From the NCBI GenBank assembly GCA_965237675.1, contig OZ250150.1:2976001-3040000 (forward strand): DNA of 64,000 bases. The letters run 5' to 3'. The position numbers were made by a program, and so were the translations under genes. Shown in pieces: positions 1 to 9,890 of this stretch. The stretch is from Candidatus Latescibacterota bacterium (GTDB lineage Bacteria; Latescibacterota; UBA2968; GCA-2709665). Each line of letters opens with the position of its first letter. Positions within the stretch are counted from its first letter, which is position 1. Under the pieces are notes generated by a model that saw nothing but the letters and a program-made list of their open reading frames with translations, searched no databases and was not told the DNA's origin.

Positions 1-339
1 GTGGTCGGTCCGGGCACCCTGCCGGCGATGGAGGCGGGACTCTCCGCGGTGGGCGTGGGCGGGACCGTGCTTCTGTTCACCCCGGCCGAACCCGGCCGGA
101 CCCTGGCGATTCAACCATACGATCTGTATTCCAGGGACATCACCCTCATCACCAGTTACTCGTGCGGTCCCCCGGACACCGTGGAAGCCCTGGACATCGT
201 TGGCCGCGGGGTGGTTACCGCGAAAAAACTCGTCACTCACCGTTTTCCCCTGGAAGAAACCCCCCTGGGATTTCAGACCGTGGCGGAAGCCGGCGACTCC
301 ATCAAGACCCTCATCGTTATCGACGAAACACGGGTGTAG
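1..339 (+). CDS. Zinc-binding (MDR) alcohol dehydrogenase, C-terminal part (5'-truncated by window)
   Basis: C-terminal MDR pattern: GGTVLLF...SYS...LVTHRFPLEE...IKTLI. Confidence 0.8.
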   Translation: MVGPGTLPAMEAGLSAVGVGGTVLLFTPAEPGRTLAIQPYDLYSRDITLITSYSCGPPDTVEALDIVGRGVVTAKKLVTHRFPLEETPLGFQTVAEAGDSIKTLIVIDETRV

Positions 340-536
340 AAACCGGTCTTTGAACCGGTACCGGCCGGGCCGGACAACCGGGGCAGGGTTCATCGGCCTT
401 ACGTGGTCGTCGCTGTTGCCGCGCATTCGATTCCACCTTGCTTTCTGCCTGTTTTTCCTTACTATATCTGTTGCTTTAAGCCGCCAGGGTTCGACCCTGT
501 AGCCCACGGTGCTTCGTTTCGAGAAAGGATGCCGGC

Positions 537-728
537 ATGCCCTTTGTCAATGTCAAAATGCTCGACGGCCGCACGAAGGACCAGAAACGAGAACTGGTCA
601 AAGCCATTACCGACGCCCTGCAGAATATCTGCGGCGCTAAACCGGAAGGCACCATGGTGGTCATCGAGGAAGTGACCCGCGACCACTGGGCGGTAGGCGG
701 CGTGCTGATTTCAGACAGGGACACGTAG
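537..728 (+). CDS. 4-oxalocrotonate tautomerase family protein
   Basis: 63 aa, catalytic Pro1 after Met (MPFVNVKMLDGRTKDQKR), ...HWAVGG ending; AAGGA RBS. Confidence 0.9.
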   Translation: MPFVNVKMLDGRTKDQKRELVKAITDALQNICGAKPEGTMVVIEEVTRDHWAVGGVLISDRDT

Positions 729-821
729 GTCCTTACAGGCGCCAGTGCGCTAGCATGCGGACGCGGCGCCCCGAATCGTCGTTATCGGAATCTTCGCCAC
801 AGGGTTTCCGCGTGTTTGATC

Positions 822-850
822 TTGACAGAATTTTACGCGCCGCCTATATT
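822..850 (+). promoter_or_regulatory. sigma70 promoter for TPR gene
   Basis: TTGACA(822-827)-17 bp-TATATT(845-850). Confidence 0.65.
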
Positions 851-1002
851 GCACCGATCCGCAATTCGCCTTTAAAAAGGACGAAACAACCTCCAATCGG
901 CTCAACCCGGACAACGGTTTGAGCCATGTTCCATGGCATGTACTGGCGTTGGCTGAATCGACGGTACGTCGCGAAAAAGAAAGGGGAAAGACTTTGGACC
1001 TC

Positions 1003-2232
1003 ATGATACAATTCCTTCGCCGGCCGGGCATTCCCTTGCTCGCGCTTCTTGTGTTGGCCATTCTCGGTACCGCATCCGACGAGGCGTGTGCCCAGAAGAA
1101 GAAGATCACAAAGGGCGACGCCAAAATAGCCAAGCGGTCCGCCCACCTTTACATCAGCCAGCGGTTGTTCGACAAGGCCCTCGCACAGTTGCTGATCGTC
1201 GTCGAGGGCAATCCCAACGACGTGCAGGCGCACTTCATGCTGGGCGAAATCTACTCGGAGAAAAACCTGCAGGACGAAATGAAGAAGGAATTCGACATTG
1301 TTCTTGCGTCCAAGAAAGGCCAGAAAAAGTACCGCAAGAAAATCCAGCCGTTCCTGGACATGTGGTGGAGCCGGAACTACAACAATGCCGTTCGGGCGAT
1401 TGGCGCCGAGGACTACGGCGCAGCAATAGAAGGCCTCCAGAAAGCCATCGGGCTGGCGCCCGAAAAGGCAATGTCGTACCAGGCGCTCGGGGTGACGTAC
1501 CTGAACATGGGCCAGGCCCAGGCCGGCATCGACGCCTATCTGAAAGCGATCGAACTCGACAGCACCGATACATCCTCCTTCGTCAATCTGGGCCGTGCGT
1601 ATATGAACTCAAGGGATTACGAAGCAGCCAGACAATGCTTCACGAAAGCCCTTCAGTTGGATCCAGAGAATGCGTCATATCTGAACGACCTCGCCCGGTC
1701 CCAGCAGTTTGCGGGCGACAATGAGGCCGCTCTCGAAACCGCAGAGAAAGCCCTGGCCATCGACCCCAATAATCTCGATGTGCTGATTATGGCCGGGCAG
1801 ATGTCCCTGATGGGCGGCAATTACGAAAAGGCGGCCGAACTCCTCGAAAGAGTGGTCGCGCAGAAGCCGGACGATGTAGATTCGATGTTCAATCTGGCGG
1901 AGAGCTACAAAGGCCTTGGTAGATTGGAGGAGGCGGTCAACCTGTTCCTTAAGAGCGTCCAGGCCAATCCTCAGGATTCCGACGCGTGGTACCGGCTGGG
2001 TCGGATTTACGAGAATCAGGCCAGGTACCAGGAATCCATCGATGCCTTAAAGATGGTGGTCAGCCTCAAAGCCACCAGCGTGCAGGGCTGGCAGGCGCTG
2101 GCACGGTCGTGGGCGTTGCTTTCCCAGGAGCAGTCGGAAGGAGGTATGGGCGAAGCCGCCGCGACCAGCGCAAGAAATGCCGAAGAGGCGTACAATATGA
2201 GCGTAAGCCTGCAAGACCAGGCCGGCGAGTAA
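1003..2232 (+). CDS. Secreted tetratricopeptide-repeat protein
   Basis: Signal-peptide-like N-terminus, then many TPR units (AYLKAIELDS, FTKALQLDPEN, AWYRLGRIY); ATG 1003 chosen over 919. Confidence 0.85.
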   Translation: MIQFLRRPGIPLLALLVLAILGTASDEACAQKKKITKGDAKIAKRSAHLYISQRLFDKALAQLLIVVEGNPNDVQAHFMLGEIYSEKNLQDEMKKEFDIVLASKKGQKKYRKKIQPFLDMWWSRNYNNAVRAIGAEDYGAAIEGLQKAIGLAPEKAMSYQALGVTYLNMGQAQAGIDAYLKAIELDSTDTSSFVNLGRAYMNSRDYEAARQCFTKALQLDPENASYLNDLARSQQFAGDNEAALETAEKALAIDPNNLDVLIMAGQMSLMGGNYEKAAELLERVVAQKPDDVDSMFNLAESYKGLGRLEEAVNLFLKSVQANPQDSDAWYRLGRIYENQARYQESIDALKMVVSLKATSVQGWQALARSWALLSQEQSEGGMGEAAATSARNAEEAYNMSVSLQDQAGE

Positions 2233-2263
2233 GGAAGGGCCGGCCGCCTGGAGACGAAAACCC

Positions 2264-3274
2264 ATGTATCTGACGGACGAAAAAGTAGCGGTACTTGGCG
2301 CGGCGGGCGCCATCGGCTCCAATATCGCACAGACCCTGCTGGCATCGGGAACCGCCGGCCGGGTGTCCATGTACGACCCGTTCGAACCGGGCCTGGAAGG
2401 CGCCGCCGAGGAAATTTTCCACTGCGGATTTCCAGGCGCAAACGTCACCTGGACCGCGGACATCGCCGAAGCGCTTTCAGGTGCCGCCTATGTGATCAGT
2501 TCGGGCGGCGCGCCCAGAAAAGAAGGGATGACGCGGGAAGACCTCACCCGTGACAACGGCCTGATTGCGAAACAACTCGGTCTCGATATCAAACGGTATT
2601 GTCCGAACTGCAATTTCGTCATTATCATTTTTAACCCCGCCGATATCACGGGTCTCGCCACCCTGGTGCACTCCGGGCTTCCAGCCGGCCGTGTCTCCAC
2701 GCTGGCGGCCCTGGACAGCACGCGCCTCCAGACTGCGCTGGCCCAGCATTTCAGGATTCAGCAAGACAGCGTGACCGGCTGCAAAACCTACGGCGGCCAC
2801 GGCGAGTCGATGGCCGTATTCAAGAGCGGCACCTCCGTCAACGGCATTCCGCTGACGGATATCCTCGCTGGCGCAACCGTAAACGGCATCGGTCTCAGCC
2901 CCGAGGCCTGGAGCGGTATCCAGGCCCACGTGACCGGGGGCGGCGCCCGGATCATCCAGTTGCGCGGGCGTTCCTCCTTTCAATCTCCCGCACAGCAGAG
3001 CGTTTTCATGCTGCGGGGGCTGTTCGGCGAACCCTACGACTGGCCTTGTGGCGCCTACGTCAACAACGGTGAGTTCAGGAATATCATGATGGCCATGCCC
3101 GCCTCCCTTTCCGCCGAGGGCGTAACCAGCAGCATGCCGGAGGGCACCGCGGAGGATCTGCAGGCATTGAAAGAATCCTATGCGCATCTTGTCGGATTGC
3201 GGGACGAGATCATCCGGGAGGGCATCCTGCCCCAAGTCTCCAAGTGGGCGGGCAGCAACCCGAACCTGGCATAG
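2264..3274 (+). CDS. mdh: Malate dehydrogenase
   Basis: GAAGAIG Rossmann motif, GAPRKEGMTREDL substrate loop, NPAD, LDSTR, GGHGE. Confidence 0.9.
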   Translation: MYLTDEKVAVLGAAGAIGSNIAQTLLASGTAGRVSMYDPFEPGLEGAAEEIFHCGFPGANVTWTADIAEALSGAAYVISSGGAPRKEGMTREDLTRDNGLIAKQLGLDIKRYCPNCNFVIIIFNPADITGLATLVHSGLPAGRVSTLAALDSTRLQTALAQHFRIQQDSVTGCKTYGGHGESMAVFKSGTSVNGIPLTDILAGATVNGIGLSPEAWSGIQAHVTGGGARIIQLRGRSSFQSPAQQSVFMLRGLFGEPYDWPCGAYVNNGEFRNIMMAMPASLSAEGVTSSMPEGTAEDLQALKESYAHLVGLRDEIIREGILPQVSKWAGSNPNLA

Positions 3275-3299
3275 AGTCGGAAACGGCATCGCACGTTGC

Positions 3300-3330
3300 A
3301 GGGGCGCTCGTCGGGTTGCCCCTTTTTGTT
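3300..3330 (+). terminator. Probable intrinsic terminator after mdh
   Basis: AGGGGC...GCCCCT stem followed by T-run. Confidence 0.55.
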
Positions 3331-3415
3331 TGCCGTGATTCCGCTTTTTCGTTATTTTTCGACCGCAACCGGCCGAACACGGGCCTTTTCTCATTCCCAT
3401 CGTCGAGGAACCCGC

Positions 3416-4564
3416 GTGCCCGCACCATACGACATGCTCATTAAGGGTGGAACCGTTATCGACCCGGCGCAGGACCTGCACGCCGTTCGAGACGTGGCCA
3501 TCGCGGGCAAACGCATTGCCGCGCTGGAAGACGAGATTTACGAGGAGAACGCACAGACCGTAATCGACGCCACCGGCTACCTGGTCACGCCCGGCCTGAT
3601 CGATCTGCATGTCCACGTCTGGTGGGGGGTCTCGCACTACGGCGTGGAACCGGATCCGACCTGCCTGGCCAGGGGCGTGACCACCGTATTCGACGCCGGA
3701 TCCTCGGGCGCCGACACGTTTCCGGGATTCAAGAAGTACGTCATCGACGTCAGCGCCACCCGCATCAAGGCATTTCTGCACGTGTCCTCTCAGGGCATGT
3801 TGTCAGCCGATATCGGCGAACTCACGGACCTCCGATACGCGGACGTGGACCGCGCCGTACGGATGTGCGAGCAACACAGAGACGACATTGTCGGCGTCAA
3901 AATCCGAATGACGACGAACCTGGTCGGTGAGAACGGTAAAGAAGGCCTGAAACGGGCGCGCGAGGTCTGCGACGCCACCGGTCTCCCGCTGATGATCCAT
4001 CCCAACGCCAGCCCCGTCCCGTTCGACGACATGGTCGACGAACTCCGCGCCGGGGATATCGTCACACACTGCTTTCACCAGAGCGATACCGGCATTCTGG
4101 ATGATTCAGGCAGAGTCCGTCCTGTCGCTCGCAGGGCCGCGCAAAGCGGGATTCTGTTCGACGTGGGCCACGGCCAGGGCAGCTTTGTCTTCGACGTTGC
4201 CGAGGCGGCAATGTCCCAGGACTTCCCCCCGGGGACCATTTCCAGCGACCTCCACGTTTACAATCTGAACGGACCCGTGTACGACCTCGTCACAACCGTC
4301 TCCAAATTTCTCATTCTGGGCCTCTCGCTGGATCAGGCCCTCGAAAAAGTAACTGCGGCCCCGGCGCGCGCCATGGGTATGCTGGGCGAAATTGGCACCC
4401 TGCGGCCCGGCGCGCGGGCCGACCTGGCCGTCCTGGAACTCAAACCGGGCAACTTTGTTTTCACCGATGCCCGGGATGGGACCCGTTCGGCTGAACGGAA
4501 ACTCGAACCGGTTTCCACCATCCGAGGCGGCCGGCTTTACGCGCCGTCGGCTTTCGACGATTGA
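3416..4564 (+). CDS. Amidohydrolase/deacetylase family metallohydrolase (dihydroorotase-like)
   Basis: PGLIDLHVH, GVTTVFDAGS, DVGHG, ISSDLH motifs; GTG start with GAGGA RBS. Confidence 0.85.
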   Translation: MPAPYDMLIKGGTVIDPAQDLHAVRDVAIAGKRIAALEDEIYEENAQTVIDATGYLVTPGLIDLHVHVWWGVSHYGVEPDPTCLARGVTTVFDAGSSGADTFPGFKKYVIDVSATRIKAFLHVSSQGMLSADIGELTDLRYADVDRAVRMCEQHRDDIVGVKIRMTTNLVGENGKEGLKRAREVCDATGLPLMIHPNASPVPFDDMVDELRAGDIVTHCFHQSDTGILDDSGRVRPVARRAAQSGILFDVGHGQGSFVFDVAEAAMSQDFPPGTISSDLHVYNLNGPVYDLVTTVSKFLILGLSLDQALEKVTAAPARAMGMLGEIGTLRPGARADLAVLELKPGNFVFTDARDGTRSAERKLEPVSTIRGGRLYAPSAFDD

Positions 4565-4581
4565 CCCCGGAGGGGACCCCC

Positions 4582-5364
4582 ATGAATATTCTGGTCCTGT
4601 GCGACCTGGAAGGCGCCGCTGGCGTTGTGGATTTCCAGACACAGACCTATGACAACACGCGCTACAACGACCAGGCGAAGAACCTGTCCACGCTCGAAAT
4701 AAACGCGCTTGTGGACGGCGCCCTGGAGGGCGGGGCGGATCAGGTGATCGTCCTGGACGGACACGGCAGCGGCGGAATCAACATCGAACTCATCCACTAC
4801 GAAGCGAGGGTGATGTTCGGCCGTCCGCTGGTCTCCGCCTGGGACCTCGGGATCGACTTCAAAGCCATGTTTCTGTACGGCCACCATGCCATGGAGAACA
4901 CACCAGCGGGCGTACTGTGCCACAGCTGGAGTTCACGCGATATTTCCAACTGCTGGCTGAATGGAGAACTCATCGGTGAAATCGGGTTCAATATCGCCCG
5001 CGCCGGGGAGGCCGGCGTGCCCACGGCTTTTATCAGCGGAGACCGGGCAGCGATAGACGAAGCACGGGAGTACGTTGGGAATATCGAAGGTGTCGTCGTC
5101 AAGGAGGGGCTCAGCCGTACCGCGGCGCTCACGCTTTCTCCCGCAAAGGCACGGGACCTCATCCGCGAAGGCGCAAAACGGTCAATGTGCCGTATCGGCG
5201 AGTTTGTCTCGCACAGCGTTCCGGGTCCCTACGCCTTTGTCACGGAGTATCAGGCCGCATCCAGCGCGGCATCCAGGGCCTCCCGCCGCGATGTCGAGCG
5301 CGTAGATACTCACACTGTCAGGATTACCGGCGACACGCTCGCCGAAATTGCCGAAAAGAGATAA
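4582..5364 (+). CDS. M55 family D-aminopeptidase (DppA-like)
   Basis: DLEG, DGHG, GHHA, LCHS, GEIG motifs of M55 peptidases. Confidence 0.85.
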   Translation: MNILVLCDLEGAAGVVDFQTQTYDNTRYNDQAKNLSTLEINALVDGALEGGADQVIVLDGHGSGGINIELIHYEARVMFGRPLVSAWDLGIDFKAMFLYGHHAMENTPAGVLCHSWSSRDISNCWLNGELIGEIGFNIARAGEAGVPTAFISGDRAAIDEAREYVGNIEGVVVKEGLSRTAALTLSPAKARDLIREGAKRSMCRIGEFVSHSVPGPYAFVTEYQAASSAASRASRRDVERVDTHTVRITGDTLAEIAEKR

Positions 5365-5465
5365 TCACGCGCTGAATCGGGCTCGGCGATCCTGGAAAAA
5401 ACCCATTACCCTTCCTCCGGGTTCCATCCGGAAGGCCCCAATGCGCGCGCTTAGAGGAACTGCGA

Positions 5466-6563
5466 ATGAGTTACTCTCCCGTCGGCTTCGAAAAGTGGGA
5501 CCTGGACACCCCGGCCCTGATGCTCGACCTGGACCTTCTGGAAAACAACGTCGCCCGCATTGCCGCACGCTGCAAAGCCTGCGGCATTCACTGGCGGCCG
5601 CATACCAAGGGCAACAAAACCCCGGCCATTGCGCACAAACTGCTCGACGCGGGCGCCATCGGTATCACCTGCGCCAAACTCGGTGAAGCCGAAGTCATGG
5701 CCGCTTCGGGAATCAGGGATATCCTGGTTGCCAACCAGGTCGTGGGCGACAGGAAAATGGCCCGTCTGACCCACCTGCAGCGGCATGCCGACGTCATGGT
5801 CGCCATCGATCACCCCGTGCACGTCAGGATGATCTCGGAAGCGGCGCGGGGCGTTGGCGTCAACGTGCGTGTGCTGGTCGAAGTCGACATCGGGATGCAG
5901 CGCTGCGGTGTGACGCCCGGCAAGGCCGCGCTGGAACTGGCCCAGCAGGCGCACGCGGTGCCCGGCGTGGCATTCGCTGGGTTGATGGGCTACGAAGGCC
6001 AGGCGATGGATCTGCCCGACAGGGAGAAGGAAACCGCCTGCGCCGACGCCATCTCCCTTCTTGCGGACTCACGGGAGCTTATCGAGACCTCAGGCATCGA
6101 ATGCCCGATTGTAAGCGCCGGCGGTACGGGTACACTTGCCTTCACGCCGAGTTGCCCCGGCCTTACTGAAATCCAGGCGGGTGGCGGCATCATGATGGAC
6201 ACCTTCTACGCCACGTCGATGGGCGTCACGGGGCTGGACCACGCCCTCTCCATCCTTGCAACCGTCGTCAGCCACCCCGCGCCGGACCGGGCCTTTATCG
6301 ACGCGGGCCGCAAAACCACCTCTTCACAGTTCGGCCTGCCATGGGTCAAAGACCGGGACGGCATCGACGTGGTCGGTCTCTCCGCGGAACACGGCTATCT
6401 GGAACTCAAGAACACCGACCGTCCATTGAGAATCGGCGACAAGATCGAACTCATATCCGGCTACAGCGATATGACGGTTTTCCTCCACAACCAGATCTAC
6501 GGCATTCGTAACGACCGGGTGGAAGCCGTCTGGGACATTCTCGGCAGGGGCAAATTGCAATGA
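5466..6563 (+). CDS. DSD1-family PLP-dependent enzyme (D-threonine aldolase/D-serine dehydratase-like)
   Basis: DTPAL, RPHTK (PLP lysine), GLMGYEG, SAGGT, SAEHG. Confidence 0.85.
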   Translation: MSYSPVGFEKWDLDTPALMLDLDLLENNVARIAARCKACGIHWRPHTKGNKTPAIAHKLLDAGAIGITCAKLGEAEVMAASGIRDILVANQVVGDRKMARLTHLQRHADVMVAIDHPVHVRMISEAARGVGVNVRVLVEVDIGMQRCGVTPGKAALELAQQAHAVPGVAFAGLMGYEGQAMDLPDREKETACADAISLLADSRELIETSGIECPIVSAGGTGTLAFTPSCPGLTEIQAGGGIMMDTFYATSMGVTGLDHALSILATVVSHPAPDRAFIDAGRKTTSSQFGLPWVKDRDGIDVVGLSAEHGYLELKNTDRPLRIGDKIELISGYSDMTVFLHNQIYGIRNDRVEAVWDILGRGKLQ

Positions 6564-6772
6564 GCGGAAACGAGCCGCGTGTCGTGGTGGACCAGGCCGG
6601 TAACAGCGTCGCCGTCATGCTGGACATCGAAGAGTACAATCGCCTGCTCGAGGCATCCAAAATGCTGGAATCCCTCCGTGCGCAGGAAGCGGATAAGGGT
6701 TCCGGCCCGGCCTACACACCGGAAGAAAAAAAGCTGATGGAAGACAGGCTCGAATCTCTGGGCTATCTCTGA
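6560..6772 (+). CDS. Small hypothetical protein ending in RLxxLGYL
   Basis: ATGA overlap with upstream stop; 70 aa; C-terminal EDRLESLGYL. Confidence 0.7.
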   Translation: MSGNEPRVVVDQAGNSVAVMLDIEEYNRLLEASKMLESLRAQEADKGSGPAYTPEEKKLMEDRLESLGYL

Positions 6773-6819
6773 GGCTCCCCGTCCCACTACTTCATTCCTC
6801 CCCTGGCTAGCGCGATCGA

Positions 6820-7407
6820 ATGAGTCCCATGGCCGATCCCGACACGATCGTCGTCGTCTCCGGGCTGCCCCGCTCCGGCACTTCGATGATGATGCAGATG
6901 CTCGAAGCGGGCGGGATGAACGTCCTGACAGACGGGCTGAGAACCGCCGACGAAGACAATCTCAAAGGTTTTTTCGAATACGAGAAGGTCAAGGCGCTGA
7001 AGACGGATCAGAGCTGGCTGCCGGAGGCCAGGGGCAAGGCCGTCAAAATCATCTCCGAACTGCTGAAGCACCTTCCCCATATCCATACCTACAGGATCAT
7101 CTTCATGCGGCGGGCCATGGAAGAGGTGCTCGCCTCACAGGAGCAGATGTTGATCCGGCGGGGCGTGCAGCCAGGCGGGCAGGCGGACGACGAGGAAATA
7201 GCGCGGGTTTTTCGCAAACATCTTCAACAGACGGAAACCTGGCTGTCCGAACGACCCTTCATCCGGACCCTCTATTCCGAACACCGACGGATCCTGGCGG
7301 ATCCCGCCCGGGAGGCGGCCCGTATCAACGTGTTTTTGAACAGCTGCCTCGATGAAGCGGCCATGGCCGCCGCCATAGACGCTTCTCTCTATCGTCAGCG
7401 CCGATAG
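6820..7407 (+). CDS. Sulfotransferase family protein
   Basis: VVSGLPRSGTSMMMQML 5'-PSB loop; IIFMRR...EVLASQ. Confidence 0.85.
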   Translation: MSPMADPDTIVVVSGLPRSGTSMMMQMLEAGGMNVLTDGLRTADEDNLKGFFEYEKVKALKTDQSWLPEARGKAVKIISELLKHLPHIHTYRIIFMRRAMEEVLASQEQMLIRRGVQPGGQADDEEIARVFRKHLQQTETWLSERPFIRTLYSEHRRILADPAREAARINVFLNSCLDEAAMAAAIDASLYRQRR

Positions 7408-7437
7408 TCCCCCTTTTATCCCCTCTAAAAACGCACC

Positions 7438-7475
7438 AGAAGGCGTCCCCGACGGGGACGCCTTCTCTCTTCCTT
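7438..7475 (+). terminator. Intrinsic terminator
   Basis: 13-bp perfect stem AGAAGGCGTCCCC-GAC-GGGGACGCCTTCT followed by pyrimidine tract. Confidence 0.75.
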
Positions 7476-7565
7476 TCCATTCCGTTCCATGTTCCCTGGC
7501 GACCTGTACCAGGGATTTTTCACCATTCATCCGCCGGTTCATCCCGTCTGGCTGCGTTGTTTACA

Positions 7566-7622
7566 CTGAGCTTGTCGAAGTGCTTGCGCAGACTGTGCTG
7601 CCCGTGCTGAACCTGTCAAAGC
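7566..7622. repeat. CTGAGCTTGTCGAAG-type intergenic repeat (one good and one degenerate copy)
   Basis: Same motif recurs at about 28580 and 35646-35715. Confidence 0.6.
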
Positions 7623-7993
7623 AAGCCCTTCAAGGGACTGTATAATACCTCCCCGCGCCGGAGACGGGCGGCCACCGGAGTGGATGATTCTCACCCATCT
7701 AACGTCGGATACGCTGCGTCATAAGCCCTCTAACCCCTATTTCCTTGTCCTTTTTCTTATTCGCGTAAGAAAAAGGACCAAAAAGAACCGCGCCGCTCGG
7801 CGCGGAGCCGGTTTTTCCGCGAATCACATCAGTGTAGTAGGCTGGCGATTGTGCCCTGCGTACGTATGACGTCACATGTCGCTTTAGTGCTGAACGGAAT
7901 AGCGCGGAAAACCCCCCCACCCAACAACCGGGCGCACGATAGGTAGACTGCGAAGGACCGTTTTGGGGATTTGCGGTGCTGCGGGACGGTATC

Positions 7994-8104
7994 TGTAGGG
8001 GCGACCGGCCGGTCGCCCCTACAAAAACCAGCCATCCGTGATACTGATATCGCCGTATTACGTGCAGTCGTTGCGTTTGTAGGGGCAACCCTTGTGGTTG
8101 CCCT
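7994..8104. repeat. GTAG-type REP elements (two)
   Basis: Perfect 30-bp palindrome TGTAGGGGCGACCGG|CCGGTCGCCCCTACA (7994-8023) and GTAGGGGCAACC-CTTGT-GGTTGCCCT (8079-8104). Confidence 0.75.
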
Positions 8105-8160
8105 CGTCGTGGCGCAGCCATCGCTGATCGACGTCGCAAGGCCGTATGGCTAGTCGGTTT

Positions 8161-8194
8161 AAGCTGACAACTGAAAGCTGACGGCTGATAGCCG
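8161..8194. repeat. Degenerate 7-bp tandem repeat (CTGANNG)n
   Basis: gctgacaactgaaagctgacggctgatagccg. Confidence 0.55.
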
Positions 8195-8300
8195 GATAAG
8201 AACACGAGACGCCTCCATCCGTAGTGAAAAAACCGATGTTTCCAGGTGGCGACGGAAGCCGAAACCACCGCGAATCACCTCGTTTTTCGGGGCTCCCAAT

Positions 8301-8407
8301 TGTCGTCCGTGTTCACAGGTGTGACGAAACACGACAGGTTGGCCGCCCGACGTGAATACATATCTAATTGTTTATAAACATTTTATAAATTTGGCACGGC
8401 GATTGCA
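8301..8407 (+). promoter_or_regulatory. sigma54 (-24/-12) promoter with two upstream activator-like sites
   Basis: TGGCACG-GCGA-TTGCA at 8392-8407; TGT-N11-ACA at 8301-8317 and 8320-8336; AT-rich palindromic spacer (TGTTTATAAACA) in between. Confidence 0.75.
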
Positions 8408-8499
8408 TATACGATACGACGGCAAACGTGAACGTGCAACACCACAAACCGTTCTGAATCTGGATACTCGACTCACCCGGCGGATTTCCGGAGCACTTC

Positions 8500-9864
8500 G
8501 TGAAAACCCCATTCAAATTGACTTGCGGCCTGATTCTGTGGTTTGCCCTCGCCGGTTGCGCCACGTACACCCACAACGCTGCCACCTTCAGGAGCAGCCT
8601 GGCGCAGGGAAACTACGAAACGGCGCTGCAAAGCCTGGGGAAAGCAAGGAAGGGCCCCGCGCGCCTGCTCTACCTTATGGAGAACGGCCTCATTGCGCAC
8701 TACAGAGGTGAATACCATGTATCCAACCGGTTCTTCGAAGACGCCGAACGACTCTCGGATCGGCTCTTCACGCGCTCGATTTCCAGGGAGGCGGCCTCGC
8801 TGATCACCAACGACCAGGTACGCGCCTATCGTGGCGAGGAATTCGAACTCGCATTCGTCAACTATTACAGGGCGCTCAACTACTGGTATCTCGGCGAGCC
8901 GGAAGAGGCCCTGGTGGAGTGCCGCAAGGCCAACCTGAAACTGGAGCGCTACGCCGCCCAGGCCGACTACGACGCCACGTACCGGAACGATGCATTCATT
9001 CACTATATGACCGGTCTTATTTACGAAGCCACCGGCGAACTCAACGATGCGTACGTGTCCTATCGGAACGCGGTGGATGCCTATGAGACGTATCAAAAGG
9101 CCTTTGGCCTGAAGGCGCCCGCGGCCCTCCGGAAAGATCTCCGGCGCGTCGAGCAAGCTTTGGGTTATACCGAGGACCCGGGTGAAGGGGCCGCCTCCGC
9201 AGACTGGCGCTCACCCACGGCCGGCGAACTGATCCTCTTCTCGGAAATCGGTTTCGTGCCGCACAAGATCCAGGAGGAAATCAACCTGCCCATCTACAAA
9301 GACGACGTCGAACGGGTCTCGAAAAAGCGCGTCGAGGGCCTATCCAAAAAAATCGCGCACCGCCACTTCAAACCCCACTATGCAGGTAAATCGAAAGTCA
9401 AATACTGGCTTCGCGTGGCGCTGCCGGCGTACGAGGACGTCGCACCGCGAACCCGGACAGTAAGGTTAAGTGCCGCCGGACATGAGACCACCACCACACT
9501 GGCGGAAGACCTTTCGGCCATCGCGTGGCAGACGTATCAGGACAAACAACCCGTAGTGCTGGCGCGCACGGTCGCCCGAGGTCTGGCCAAGTACGGGGCT
9601 TCAATCAAAGCGGAAAAAGAAAACAAAGTCCTTGGCTTCTTCGTCAAGCTGTTTGCCGCCGTCACCGAAACGGCCGATACCCGAAGCTGGGTGTCGCTGC
9701 CGCATAACGTGCAAGTCGGCAGGCTCACCCTTCCGGCCGGTACCCACACCCTCACGCTGGAATCCCTGGACGGCCGGGGCCGCGTCATCGCAACCGGAAC
9801 CCTTTCGGACGTACACATCCGACCGGGAGCCCGGACGTTCGTCAACTACCGGACGTACAAATAG
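8500..9864 (+). CDS. COG3014-like TPR lipoprotein
   Basis: Lipobox ALAG-C; LLYLMENG, YRGEEFE, ALVECRK, ADTRSWVSLP motifs typical of this family. Confidence 0.8.
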   Translation: MKTPFKLTCGLILWFALAGCATYTHNAATFRSSLAQGNYETALQSLGKARKGPARLLYLMENGLIAHYRGEYHVSNRFFEDAERLSDRLFTRSISREAASLITNDQVRAYRGEEFELAFVNYYRALNYWYLGEPEEALVECRKANLKLERYAAQADYDATYRNDAFIHYMTGLIYEATGELNDAYVSYRNAVDAYETYQKAFGLKAPAALRKDLRRVEQALGYTEDPGEGAASADWRSPTAGELILFSEIGFVPHKIQEEINLPIYKDDVERVSKKRVEGLSKKIAHRHFKPHYAGKSKVKYWLRVALPAYEDVAPRTRTVRLSAAGHETTTTLAEDLSAIAWQTYQDKQPVVLARTVARGLAKYGASIKAEKENKVLGFFVKLFAAVTETADTRSWVSLPHNVQVGRLTLPAGTHTLTLESLDGRGRVIATGTLSDVHIRPGARTFVNYRTYK

Positions 9865-9890
9865 ACACAACCACCGAAAGGAGGAAGAAA

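Noticed and set aside
7684-8268. ORFs in the repeat-rich intergenic region
   Set aside because: Translations are made of REP/repeat sequence and lack RBS or motifs
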